Shown one piece after another: positions 50,447 through 63,515 of a stretch of 64,000 nt of DNA (its first letter is position 1; each line of letters opens with the position of its first letter). Below the pieces are notes generated by a model. The model made no database searches and was not told the DNA's origin. It saw only the letters and a program-made list of their open reading frames with translations. Origin of the DNA: Cetorhinus maximus (lineage: Eukaryota); NCBI RefSeq assembly GCF_964194155.1, contig NC_135889.1, positions 97,154,001 to 97,218,000 of the forward strand, given 5' to 3'. The position numbers and the translations under genes are program-made.

Positions 50447-52679
50447 CTGTCTTTCTCTCCACAGATGCTGTTAGACCTGCTGAGCTTTTCCAGCATTTTC
50501 TGTTTTTGTTTCAGGTTTCCAGCATCTGCAGTATTTTGCTTTCATCAATCTGGTAAACTTTGCCATCAGCTAAAAAAAAACACAATCTACTTTGAAAAAT
50601 GGTAATTATCTGGTCCATGAGGAATTGGGATCATTTCTGGAAAAGCTTGCCAGGAGTATTGTGGATGATATCTGGAGACTGGAATATTTGTGACAGAAAG
50701 GGTGGAGAATCAACAGTTTACAGCAGGGAGCTCACATCAGTCTAAAATACAATCAGAGGAACAGACAGCCCACTTCAAAGCATGGGTCTTGGATCAGTTC
50801 CAACAGACTGTGAATTGAGTACAGCCAGTGAAATCTCACTGATTTATTTATCTATTATTAGCATCACTTCTCAACAAAAATACAAATTAACACTTTTGAT
50901 TCTTTTTAACAACCAAAATCTCGCATGTGGTTTGCTAATAATGTGACTATCAATGTCTTTTTAAAAGTTCGATATAGTTAGCAGCTTAAATATAATTCAG
51001 TTGACAGGACTGTCAACAGATGAAAATGTGTTCACACCTTGAATTAGGTTAGTGACAAGGGAAATTACACTTCCACATTGCACATGCATATTGGTGTAAT
51101 CCGGTAGAGAATTACAGCCATCAACAGTCTTCAACTACAACAGCAGTTACAAAACTAGGAACCTGTTCACAGGAACTTAATTGTTCCTGTCACACCTTGC
51201 AGTGGGAAAAAAGTATAATGAATTCGGCTACATCTCCTGTTAAAAATACAACGAATTGAAAAATGCTCACACAAATCTAACAATAAATATTTTCTAACTA
51301 TTAAAATGTTCTAAATATTAAAAACCTTTTTTAATGTTTTGTTCATTTTCACTGATGATTGAATTTTTATAAAAAGCACACACATAAATACATGATTCTA
51401 TATTTCAGCATCCTTGAAGTGCACTTTTATTCCTTTGGAGACCTTTAAGGCAATTACTAATACATTCCAGTGCTAGATGTAGAGAATTTGTTTGACAATG
51501 ATTAGTACATCAGCTTTAAATACTATCGATGGATGAACCCCCTTATGACCTTTCTCTACACCTCTCTTTCTACAGAGACCTTAGAAATTGCAGCTCAGCC
51601 CTGGCTGCTTGCTCCTGGGATACCATTTTTGCAATCACTAATAACCATCTATTATGCAGCTGCAGATTTTAACCACTCAGATGTGTCAATTGGAAATCAA
51701 GTTGTATGTGACTAGAATTGATCACCACCACCATAGCTTTCATTTTTTCACCAAAGAGGATGTAACGCACCACTGATCAAGGCTTTTACCTAGAGTGTAA
51801 CCGGATATCAACTGAGTTGTGGCATTCTGCACAAAATATCAGAAACTTATTGCAGCATGAAGAAAGGTTAATAGCAGATTTTGACAAGCATCCTTTGCCG
51901 CACGTAAGTGATTCTTTTAGATTCTGGAATGTAGCTGCAGCTCTTGGAATTTGCAGAATGCAACACCAAGCAAATGCAGTTACATGTTAAAGAAAAAGAC
52001 ATTGCTGCAATACCTGCAGCCCATAAGGAAAACTTGAAAAATAAGACTGAATTGTTTCATAATTTTTGAAAATGAAACTAATCCCACATTAAGTATTTAA
52101 GAAAACCAATACTAGTTTCAGAATAATTACTGAATTGATTAATTTTTCATTTTATTTTTTCCATTCCTAATGGCATTAGTTGAAACTGCCCTATATATTA
52201 CATTGAATTTTCATGTTAATTAACTTAGACATGGTTCTGGTGGAGAATACCGTTGCCACCTTTGCTGGCAATGTACCCAATCTTAGTAAGTTGTTACTTT
52301 GAGTTTTACAAAATGAGAAACAACTAAGCAAAGCAAACTGTATGAGCTCACCCTGGACAACTAAGCGTTTTAATTTTAATTTGAAGACCGAGATTAATTC
52401 ACTCAGATTTACTTCCTCATTCACAATTCAGTGAAGGTGGACCAAGTGGACCATGGGGCAAAAGTGAGGTAACAGAAATACCCCTGAGAGTGAGGTGATA
52501 AACAAATGTTGTTTTCCCAAAGGCATCAACAACAACAACTTACATTTATTTACTACGTTTAACTTAATAAAACATCCGAAGGTACTTCACAGGAGCATTA
52601 CGAAACAAAGTATGACACTGAACCACATAAGAAGTTATTAGCTCTGATGGTGAAAAGGTGGGTCAAAGAGATAGGTTTG

Positions 52680-53138
52680 TTTTATTCATTCATGGGACAT
52701 GAGCATCACTGGCTAGGCCAGTATTTATTGCCCATCCTTAATTGCCCTTGAGGAGAAGGTGGTGGTGAGCTGCCTTCTTGAACTGCTGCAGTCCTTGTGG
52801 TGTAGGTACACCCACAATGCTGTTAGGGAGGGAGTTCCAGGATTTTGACCCAGTGACAGTGAAGGAACAGCGATATATTTCCAAGTCAGGATGGTGTGTG
52901 GTTTGGAGGGGAACTTCCAGATGGTGGTGTTCCCATGCATCTGCTGCCCTTGTACATCTAGATGGTAATGGTCATAGGTCTAGAAGGTGCTGTCTAAGGA
53001 GTCTTGGTGGGTTCCTGCAGTGCATCTTGTGGATGGTACACACTGCTGCCACTGTGCGTCAGTGGTGGAGGGAGTGAATGTTTGTGGATGGGGTGTCAAT
53101 CAAGCGGGTTGCTTTGTCCTGGATGGTGTTGAGCTTCT
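52680..53138 (-). mobile_element. LINE family B 3' fragment nested in L2
   Basis: KKLNTIQDKATRLID and the shared tail; L2 continues on both sides. Confidence 0.88.
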
Positions 53139-53541
53139 TTTTTAAGGTGTGTCTTAAAGGAGGAAAGTGAGAAAGAGAGAGAGGGATGTAGGCAACTGAA
53201 GGCTCAGCCACCAAGGTGGAGCAATTAAAATCTGGGATGCACAAGAGGCCAGAATTAGATGAGCTTAGATACCTCAACAAGTTGCAGGGCGTGTGGGGTT
53301 ACAGAAATAGGGAGGGGAGAGACCATGGAGGATTTTAAGGTTGAGAATTTAAAAATCAAGATTTTTTTTGGCTGGGTGCCAATGTAGGTCAACAAGCAAA
53401 AGGGTGATAGATGGGGGGAGGGGCAGGGTTTGGTACAAGACAAGATACAGAGAGCTGTGTTTTAGCTGACCTCAAGGTTATGGCGGTAGAATGTGGGAGA
53501 CCAGCCAGGAATGCAAAGGAATTGTCAGGTACAGAGGTAAC

Positions 53542-54207
53542 GGCCCAGATTTTCACAGAATGGTTGAGACTCTGCGATTGATCCAAAATTGCACCAAGAC
53601 CACCGGATCTGGAAGTCCTGCCCTCATTTTCAACAGATCTCATTTTCACCAGAAGGGGAAAGGGGATGGGATGTGATTCATACATGGGGGAAATCTGGGC
53701 CCAGAAGCACCATTTGAACTCAGACCCTATTTTCACTGGAGTAAGCTCTATTTCCCCTAGTGTGAGACTTACGTTTCTTAAAAGTAAATGTGAATACTTA
53801 TAAAAGGCAGGTAAAGCTTGTGTAACTGTCAAATTGTTAAGTTATTTATAGCTTACCCTTTAAATATTTAAGAAACAGCCTGCCTGGGTCTATGAATTGA
53901 AAAAAACCCAGTGCTTGCAGTTTCAAAAGCTATTTGTTGACATAAACCTAAGGGTTATTAGTCTAGTATTCTTACTTCTTGACTGCTTCCACAAAAAAAT
54001 GTCATTATCACACAGAGGGCAGGGGGTGGTGGTAGTGGTTGCGATAAGTTTGACTGACACTCCAAAAGGTTATTAAAGTATTAAAGGATTTGCTGTCTTT
54101 GCTGTGGGGTTACGAATACGAATGTTTGTTTTTATAATGGATTTTAAAAATTCATTAATTAAGTTCTCATGCACTGTGCACCTGCTTCAGGAGCAAAAAT
54201 CCTGGTC
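53542..54207. mobile_element. TIR element nested in L2
   Basis: AAC|GGCCCAGATTTT...AAAATCCTGGTC|AAC; L2 is continuous across it. Confidence 0.78.
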
Positions 54208-56424
54208 AACAAAGACATGATTGTCAGTTTCAGCAGCAGATGAACTGAGGAGGTACTAAGTCCAGTGGTGTTCTGGAGATGGAAATAGGTTGTAATAGTG
54301 ATGGCATGAATATGTGGTCAGAAGTTTATCCCTGGATCAAATATGACACCATGGTTGCGGACAGACTGGTTTAGTGTCAAAAAGTTGCGGGAATGAGATG
54401 GAGTCAGTAGCAAGGGAGAGAAGATTGGAGTTGAGACCGAAAACCATGACTTCCGTCTTTCAAATATTTAGATAGAGCAACGTTTTTCTCATCCAGTACT
54501 GGATGTTGGATAAGCAGTTTGATACTTTAGAGACAGTGGAGGAGCCAAAAGAGCTGGTGATGAGGTAGAGCTGGGTGTCATCAGCATACATATGAACACT
54601 AATACTGTGCTTTCGAATGATGTTGCCGAGGGGCAGTCTGTAGATGACAAACAGGGGGGAGCCAAGAGTAGATCCTTGGATGACACCATAGTAATTGTGC
54701 AGGAGCAGGAGGAGAAGCTTTTGCAGGTGATACTCTGACTATCATTCAATAGATAAGAATGGAACTAGGTGAGCTCAGTCCCAACCAGCTGGATGAGAGT
54801 GGAGAGACATTGGAGGAGGATGTGTCATCAACCATATCAAAGGCTGCAGACAGGTTGAGAAGGGATAGTTTACCTTTGTCACAGTAACATTGGATGTCAT
54901 TTGTGACTTTGATCACAGCCATTTTGGTATTTTGGCAGGGAAGTAAGGTGATTGTATAGATTCAAACATGGAGTTTTGGTAAATATGGAAACAGATTTGG
55001 GAGGGAACAATGATTTACATGGGGAGGGGAAAGGGGGATTAGAGGTGGAATGGTAGTTTTCATGGATGGTTGGGTCAAGGTTTGTTTTTTTTTTAGGAGG
55101 GGATGATGATGGCAGATTCAAAGGAGAGAGGGGCAATATCTGAAGAGAGGGGACCATTAACAATATTGGCTAACATGGGGACCAGGGAGGAAAGTTGGGT
55201 AGTCAGCAGTTTAGTGGAAATAGGGACGAGAGTGCAGGAGGTGGGTCTCATGGACAAGAGTGTGCTTGAAGAGGGCATGAGGGGAGATAGGAAAGAAACT
55301 AGAGAAAGACTGAAGTTCAGGATTAGGGCAGGGGTGATCTTTAGGGGAAGTTTGGCCTGGTTGGTTAATGGAAAGTGGGGTGCAACAGAGGCTGCTGATG
55401 GGATGGCGATAAGCTTACTAACAAAGAAGTTCATGAGCTCCTTGCATTTATAGTTGAAGGTGAAGGTGACAGAGGAGAGTGGTTTAAGAAGGCAGCTTAT
55501 GGCACTGAAAAGAAGTCAGGGGTTTTCTTTATATTCCTGGAATAATGAGCAATTTTAGTAGACAAGCACAGGACCTGATGTTGTTTTATGTGATCTGCCC
55601 AGATCTGTCGGTCGATGACTAAACCAGTTGCCTACTGTATTGTTTCAAGTCCGCATCCCTTGGAGTTAAGGCAGCAGGGAAGAGGACTGTACTGGGAGAA
55701 TAGCGTGGGTGAGAGAGAGTTACGGTTTTACTGAGGACTAGAGCATCAAAATTGGAGGCAAGGATATGGTTGAACAAATCAGTATCTGTGGAAATATTGT
55801 GGTGAATGGTGGTCCAAATACTAAACGGCTGTAATTTTGAAAGTACAATTGAAAATGAATGGGGTAAGCTGTTTTCTCTAGAAGTAGATACAGGAGGCCT
55901 AGAAGGGGGATATGGGTAAAGAGCATAATGTTTTGTTCCCCGAAATTTGAAATAATTAGACTTTGAGACACAGCTACTGGAGCTTACATTGAGTGTATTT
56001 TTCCATATCTCACCATGTTCTGTGGAATTATATATTGTTGCTTTGGTACGCTGATTGTAGTGCAGTAGTGAGCTATGTGGCACTCTGGAAACACATGTAT
56101 ATTATGTAGGACAATATAGTCCCTAAATCATTTTAGAATAATATAACAATATAACAGCGAGTGACACAAGGAAGTGATCAGTGGTGGCATTTTCTGTGAC
56201 TGATAAGATGGGATGAGCAAGGCGTGAGATGGCAAGGCATGCAAGTGGTCATGACTATAGTTTGGGGAGTTTATATGGAGGAGGAGACTTATGGAGGATA
56301 AGAGGACAGTGAGCTCAGAAATCAGAAATAAATTTATGAACTGGATTTTATTTCTAGCATCTGATCTGAAAGATGACACCTCTGACAAAAACGCACTCTC
56401 TCATTACTCCATTCAAATGTAAGT

Positions 56425-57265
56425 ATTTTTTTATTCAATCATGGGATGTGGGCGTCGCTGGCTGGGCCAGCATTTATTGCCCATCACTAATTGCCCTTGA
56501 GAAGGTGGTGGTGAGCTGCCCCCTTGAACCGCTGCAGTCCATGTGGTGTAGGTGCATCCACAGTGCTGTTTGGAAGGGAGTTCCAGGATTTTGACCCAGC
56601 GACAGTGATGGAATGATGATATTTTTCTAAGTCAGGATGGTGTGTGGCTTGGAAGGGAACTTCCAGGTGGTGGTGTTCCCATGTGTCTGCTGTCCTTGTC
56701 CTTCTAGATGGTAGCAGTTGTGGGTTTGGAAGGTGCTGTCTAAGGAGGCTTGCTGAGTTCCTGTAGTGCATTTTGTAGATGGTACACATTGCTGCCACTG
56801 TTTATTGGTGGTGGAGGGAGTGAGTATTTGTGGATTGGGTGCCAATCAAGCAGACTGCTTTGTCCTGGATGGTATCAAGCTTCTTGAGTATTATTAGAGC
56901 TGCACTCATCCAGGCATATGGCAAGTATTCCATCACACTCCTGACCTGTGCTTTTTAGATGGTGGACAGATTTTGGGGAGTCAGGAGGTGAGTTACTTGC
57001 CACAGGATTCCTAGCCTCTGACCTGCTCTTGTAGCCACAGTATTTATATGGCTAGTCCAGTTCAGTTTCTGGTCAATGGCAACCCCCAGGATGTTGATAG
57101 TGGGTCAAGGGGCGATGATTAGATTCTCCCTTGTTTGGGATGGTCATTATCTGGCATATGTGTGTCAAGAATATTACTTGCCACTTGTCAGCCCAAGCCT
57201 GGATATTGTTCAGGTCTTGCTGCATTTGGACATGGACTGCTTCAATATCTGAGGAGTTGTGAATG
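56425..57265 (-). mobile_element. LINE family B 3' fragment
   Basis: MCTIYKMHYRNSASLLRQHLPNP...SWNSLPNSTV...RFKGAAHHHLLKGN. Confidence 0.9.
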
Positions 57266-58194
57266 GTGCATCAGGCTTGAGCCAATAACCCCCCAAGTCA
57301 GAGGCTAGAATCCAATAAAATGAGCCAAGCCTAGGCATTAGTAGGTGTAGTGCTAACATGTAAATTATATATGGTAATAGAGTGGTGAAAAAAGCTACAA
57401 TTGCGTTAACTGTTGAAGCTGCTGCAATAACAATAGGTGGAAACACAGAATGGATACATTTTGTTATGTTATCATTCATTTGACTTTGGAAATTAAGAAT
57501 CAAAAACAGAAATGATCAAAGCAACATTAGACAAAGTCATCCACTAATAAGGAAATTAGAAAAACCTTGGCAAGAGAAGATAATTTGGGCTATCAAACAG
57601 ACTATGTAAAATTACTGACACTTTCCATGTTATTGTGTATCCTGAGGGAATAACCACAACCAAGATTTCCAAGATGATAAAACTTAGATCCTTTCTCCCA
57701 AGATCTGAAGGAAATGAAACAATGTTCTAATATATAACAATCTATTGTAACTCAGTCCATTTTTTAAACCCCGAACATTTGCATTCTACAGGTGACATTT
57801 CAATGATTCTAACTGAAATGGAAATTAAATCTTTTATAACTTATTCCATTATTTATGAAAATATCCATTCCCTATCACATTCAATTCTCTTCTTACTTAG
57901 GTATTCACCAGCATTTAAAAAAAAAGGCTCTCAACACAGTGAGAGGTCAGAGTTGTCATAAACTGAATATGTTAGAAACAAAGTGTAAAATTAGTAATAT
58001 GGCGAGAGTGGGACTCCAGTACAGATGCAAGTTGCCTTTGCTTTTTGTATTCAATACTTGTAGTGGTTTGCATAAGCTTGAGGTAGTAAGTATTTAAAAT
58101 TTTGTCCAGTGTTTTCCTACATATTAGTGTGCAAAAATATGCATACAACAGACTAAGAAGTGGATACAAATAATATAGACTAAGATATTGAAAG

Positions 58195-60310
58195 GCTAGT
58201 TGTGTGTTCAAACTGTCATATATGGAAGTTGAAGAACAGTTATGCCGTCCTGTGCCAACATATTTGCAGTATTTGTCTCTGTCTCTAATCTCTCCAGCTC
58301 AGATTCCTTAAGCTGGAGTGAGAGTCAGAGGCATTCTGACACAAGAGGAGTACCTGTATAGTTTGCTTCAGACCTTTTAGAGGGCTGCAGGATTATAATG
58401 GGGTCAGTATGATTGATAGTAAGGAAAACCCAGATGCAGTAGAGAATGAGAATCCATAGAAATTTATCATATCCAACAGGCACAAGGCTTTTGTTACCTG
58501 TGGGGATATGAATAAAGACATTCAGAAGGATAGCCAGAATGCTGATGATGGTACTTTGGAGCAAAAGGGTGGGAAGCGTAACATGGTAGTTTTTGGAGAT
58601 TAAATTATTAAGTGGAAGATAACTGCCTTTGTAAGTATGATTGAGAGTCCATCATGATGTGTTGTTTACCTGGTACCGAGGTGATAAATACCTTGAACTG
58701 TATGAAAGGATATTGGAGAGAATTCAGTCATTGTGGAGAAGTTTGGGATCAATAACAAAGGGAAGAGTAGGCAAGAGGTCCTGTTTGAAGAATACTGTGA
58801 ACTACGATGTAATATTAAAGAACAGGATCTCAAAGTTCATATTCTCTGGATTATTACCTGTGACATGTGCAAGCTGGTTTAGGGATAAGGGATAAACAGG
58901 TGTTGAACACATGGCTGAAGGCATGGTGTGAGAAGGAAGGGTTTCATTTCATGGGCCATTGACACCAATACTGGGACAGGATGATACTGTACCATTAGGA
59001 ATAGGACCATCATGAGGACTTTAAACTATTGGGGGAGTGGGGGTGGGTTGGTTAGCGGAGGAGACTCAGGCAGAAAAATAGTATTAATTAAAACCTAAAA
59101 CAAATGAAAGGGGACAGAATAACAATCAGGGGCAGAATTTTGCCCTCGTCGGGCGAGCTCGGCGAAGGCAAGCTCAGTGAGGGCGAGCGGGAACGGTCGG
59201 GAAGCCGGCCCACCGCCTGCGATCGGCCGCGACTTCGATGTCATGGTGGCGGGTCGGTTAAGGCCTGCCCAGTGCGAAATGCGCGCTGCAGCGCTGCCTA
59301 TGTGGGGGGGGCGGGAGGGGGGAGACGGCAAGCGGGGAACTGCTCGCATGCGCATAAGTGCGCGCATGAAAAGCTCCCTGAGGCACAGAGCTGCCTTAGG
59401 GAGCTGAAGATATAAAAATTCAAAAATATAGAATTTAAAAATGTTACAAAAATGTCACATGAGCAGGGACATGTTATTAATGAAAAGTTAACATTTTAAT
59501 TTAATTTTTAATTGCTGTTGGAAACGTCGTCCCACCCGTGGATGAGGATTCCTGAAAAATGCAAAGGCCGCTTGGCCTTTTTGCCTGTCCCCCAGCCGTA
59601 AGGTTAGACGTGCAGCAAAAAATTACGTTTAATTGGTACTTTAATGGACTGAATAAGCCTATTAATTGTCGGCAGGGGCGCTGCCGATTCCTGCGCTCAC
59701 TCACCGACCAAAATTTTGCGCGAGTGCGCGATGACATCGGACGCTCGCCCAAAGTCATTGCATGTCATTTTATGTTTGTTCGAGTCGGGCGCATGCCCGC
59801 CCGACGAGGTAAAAATCCTGGTCCAGGAATTGTGCTTTAAGCACTACAGGTAAAGGGCAAGCTAACAAATAAAATGTGATTCAACTAGGAGAAAAAAAAT
59901 AAGAAACACACGCTTAAATTAGAGTAGAAGGATAGGATAGTGGTGTGGCTCAAATAAGCATTCTTCACACAAATACACGGTGTATAAAGAACAAACTGAA
60001 TGATTTGCTGGTGCAAATTCAACTTGGAGTATACGACATAGTAGCCATTACTGAGTCATAGCTTAAGACAGTTAGGACTGGAAATTAAATATACCAGGTT
60101 CAAGGAAAATCATAGATGGGAAGGAATAGCCCTAATGATTAAGGATAAAATCACTTCAAAGATAAGAGAAGGTAGAATGAGATGTCAGCAGGCAGTGGAG
60201 ATATTATGGGTGGAATTAAGAAGTAGAAAAGTATTTATGGCTGTAGTGGGAGTTGTGCATCAGTCCCCTTGGTAGCAGCTGTGGAGTGGTAGGAGTTATA
60301 AATGTTGATC
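58195..60310 (+). mobile_element. CR1 5' portion: ORF1 (zinc finger/zipper plus SGNH esterase-like) and start of the ORF2 endonuclease
   Basis: CSNCHIW...ICSIC; VVFGD*II...MCCLPG; FIFSGLLPV; after the MITE, LHTNTRCIKNKLNDL...YDIVAITES. Confidence 0.8.
59130..59823 (+). mobile_element. Family A MITE, full length, between CR1 ORF1 and ORF2
   Basis: CAG|GGGCAGAATTTT...AAAATCCTGGTC|CAG. Confidence 0.9.
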
Positions 60311-63300
60311 TCCATAACTCCTGCCTAATTCACTATTTGATTTGCAAAAATGGCAGCTCAGCTTCAACCCCCTGTTATTTTTAAACTTAACTGGATTTGC
60401 ACAAAAAACTTGAAATAAACTTGCCACAGAAAGTTAGGGTTTATACTTAACAGCACAAGTAGCCTTTTAACTACATGATAATTGTTAATACAATAACAAG
60501 CAACATCTCTAGCCCAGAAAGGGAACAATTTGAACTGTGGAGTCTCATTCCTGAATATGGTCAATTCTTCTTCAAGGTTCAAACCATTTTACATTGTTAA
60601 TTTTTTCCTTACCTTCCCCATTTTCTCTCACTCTTAATCCATACTTTATTTCCCTTGCTTTAAGCATCTTTTTGTACTTGATTGTAATCCAATTCATCCA
60701 CTCTAATTCAACGAGTTTATCAATTGTTCGTTTGCTTCTCACTCAATCCCTAAATCTTATTCCTTAAGAAAATAGACTGTTACTCTCATCATTCGTTTAT
60801 GGTCCCAGATGCCTTGTTGCCCTTGACTTATCAAATGGCTCTGCCAGCAATTTACAGGCCAAAATATGTTGACCTGAAGGATGCAGGAGAAAGCCTGACC
60901 AATGGTTCCAGTAAGATTTGGGCCATAATCTTTATCCAGAACCTTCATTGAATGTCATAGTATCATGATGTGATACAGCACAGAAAGATGCCAGTCGGAG
61001 ACCTTTGCTGGCTCTTTGGTAGAGCAATTCAATTTGTCCCACTCTTCATCAATTTGGTAGAACATGACTTCTTTCAATCCGTGCTGACTACATCCCATTT
61101 TGTCCCGGTGTTTTGAAGGCATGTAATACCTCAAATTTACTTGTGTTTGGCACTTTAATAAACTCTACATTAATTATAGATATCTGTGCCAAATTAGCTA
61201 GATCTGCACCTTGCCCACTACCTGATAAGACATATAACTTGTCATAATATAAATTGAAATACAGATGGTGTTAACAGAACAGTCAGAAGCTGTAACATTG
61301 TTTCATTAATAGCTAACAGTCTAGCACAATGTATACATTAGGTTATATGCTGTAATTCTGGTTTAATTACCTTTGTCATTTCTGATTTAAACTTTCTTTC
61401 TCTGATTCATTTTTATTCAGTATGTGCTTATAGTATAGCATTACTTGTAGAAACATACTTAAAAGTTGCCTGTAAGTAAAACTGACACCATAAATATTGC
61501 TAAAATGAAGCAGCTCAATGTAAAACCAAACACTGACACACTAAGGTCACAGGTTTTTGATTATAGGCCAACAAAGAATGCTTGGAAAATAGTTAGACTG
61601 GCAAAATAATTTAGGGGCCTGGAGGTTTCTCACTCATAGACTGATTTTTAGTTAGCAATTAAACTAATAAAAAGAATCAGCGCCTAAAAACCATTCCACA
61701 ATTTGCTATCCGATAACCACCCCATAACATTTTAGAATCCATCCTGTCGTATGTACCCTCATCAAAATGCATGCCAGGAAAATAATGTATGGGAATGAAA
61801 TTACATATTCACTGGAGTAAAACAAATTTATTTTAAAAAAATTTCTTCTGAAATGATTGACCATGTAATTAACCTGATTTTGCTCGAAGTAAGATGAGTC
61901 CAATCATAGTAGGTTGTACTTGATAACTATTGACCTCTGGAGTACGAGCTTTCCCATAATCAATTTGAGGCATTGTCACAACATTTTGAATAAAAACCAC
62001 ATATGTGGCTACTGATAAAACATTTCACCTCCAACTGTATATTGAAAAGTTACATTTAGTCCACAAGGGTTGAAATTAATTCTGTTTGAATTAGTTATGA
62101 TTTTTACAGTAAAGTTCTGAAGTGGAATCTCCATTTTCGGTGTAATTGACGATTCCAGCACTAATTGCGCCTGTTTTTTTTTTCCCTTGAGCTTTTCTCT
62201 AACACATTTGGATAGCACCAAATGCAAAAGCAGCCACAAATCAGCTCAACCTGCCAGTGTTTAAAACTGATCCTTTAAAAAAAAAATTTGCTTGGAAAAA
62301 ATATCCCTTGATGAAATTAAGTGTGTAAACTTTGTAAAAGTTGATTAATACAGATGAAAGTGGGATGACCACAAAAATGAGTATTTTAAAGCATAGTGAC
62401 AATCCATCACTCGTGAGTAACCCGACAAGATAAAAAACTATTTTCCAGTTAGATTGGAGTGCAGTAGACAGTTAGTTCTTCAGAAGATTAAAAAAATAAT
62501 AATTGAAAGGTTTACAAAATATCCTTATTAGTGCCCTTGAGTCCAAAAGTTCCAGCTTAATTTTTGGAGCCGCTTCAAATGCTTGCAAACAAACACCATT
62601 AGTGGAAACCAAAAAGGTGCAACCAAGTGGAAATTCCAGGTCATTATCTACAAGTTCTCAGAAAAGAACAAAATAGTTAAGGACAAAATAATTATCTTAA
62701 AATTATAAGAACCAAACCATTTGGGTTTCCACAATTCTGATTATCTCAACTATTGGGTTATAATTTGCTGTTCATTCATTGAGTAAAGGAGGAATCTGGA
62801 GCTCGTCTTTCTTTAACATAGGTTTATTCATAAAACCCAGAGAACACAGGCACGGACTTCCTTTTCCTTTCTTCTCCCACCCCCAGGTGAAAGCTGGTTC
62901 TTATATACTTAAGAATAATGCCCTAACCTTTCCTCAATTAGTCACAGCTGCTTACACTTACAACTAGAGCATGCACTTCATTGTGACAGGATTGCAACAT
63001 TAACAAATTCTGTACACTCTATGCATCTATAATATCATCTGCTCTAGATAACATAGACTGACAGAATTAACTATAAAAATATATAATGCGACATAGTTCT
63101 TTAAAGGTTAAAAATACTTTATTTACTAAGACTATTATTATCTTTTACAGAAAAAGTCATTCAGCACAGGAATTTGCAATTGTAGGATAAATACCTATTT
63201 AGTCCATGTATAGCTTTTTCTTAGGTCTATTACCAACCACCAGAAGACGCCTCTTGTGCCAGTTAGTTACATTTTGCTCAAGGGAATTATTGTGAATTTC

Positions 63301-63515
63301 CACAGAGACGACTGCACTGTGATTCACTGCAACCTCGTTGCCATCATGTGCTATCACTTCATAATCACAACCAGAGTCCCTTGACTCCCTTTGTGCCAGA
63401 AGTCGCAGCAGCTGTCCATTACAGTACTAAATACGCCTGACATACGTATTAAGTTTTGCCATAACAATATTTTATAGGCTCATGAGAAGTTAATTGTTGC
63501 CTAGTAAAACACATA

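Larger units (their letters stand above)
50310..50543 (+). mobile_element. Palindromic Penelope-derived retro-insertion
   Basis: ~100-bp arms (50308-50510) centred near 50409; 13-bp TSD ATCAATTTGGTAA (50297) / ATCAATCTGGTAA (50544). Confidence 0.85.
52525..56290 (-). mobile_element. Long decayed L2-clade LINE with nested insertions
   Basis: YADDTQLY at ~54564-54588; LDPTIHENYHSTSNPPF; 3' end with a (GTT)n-type tail near 52525. Confidence 0.85.
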
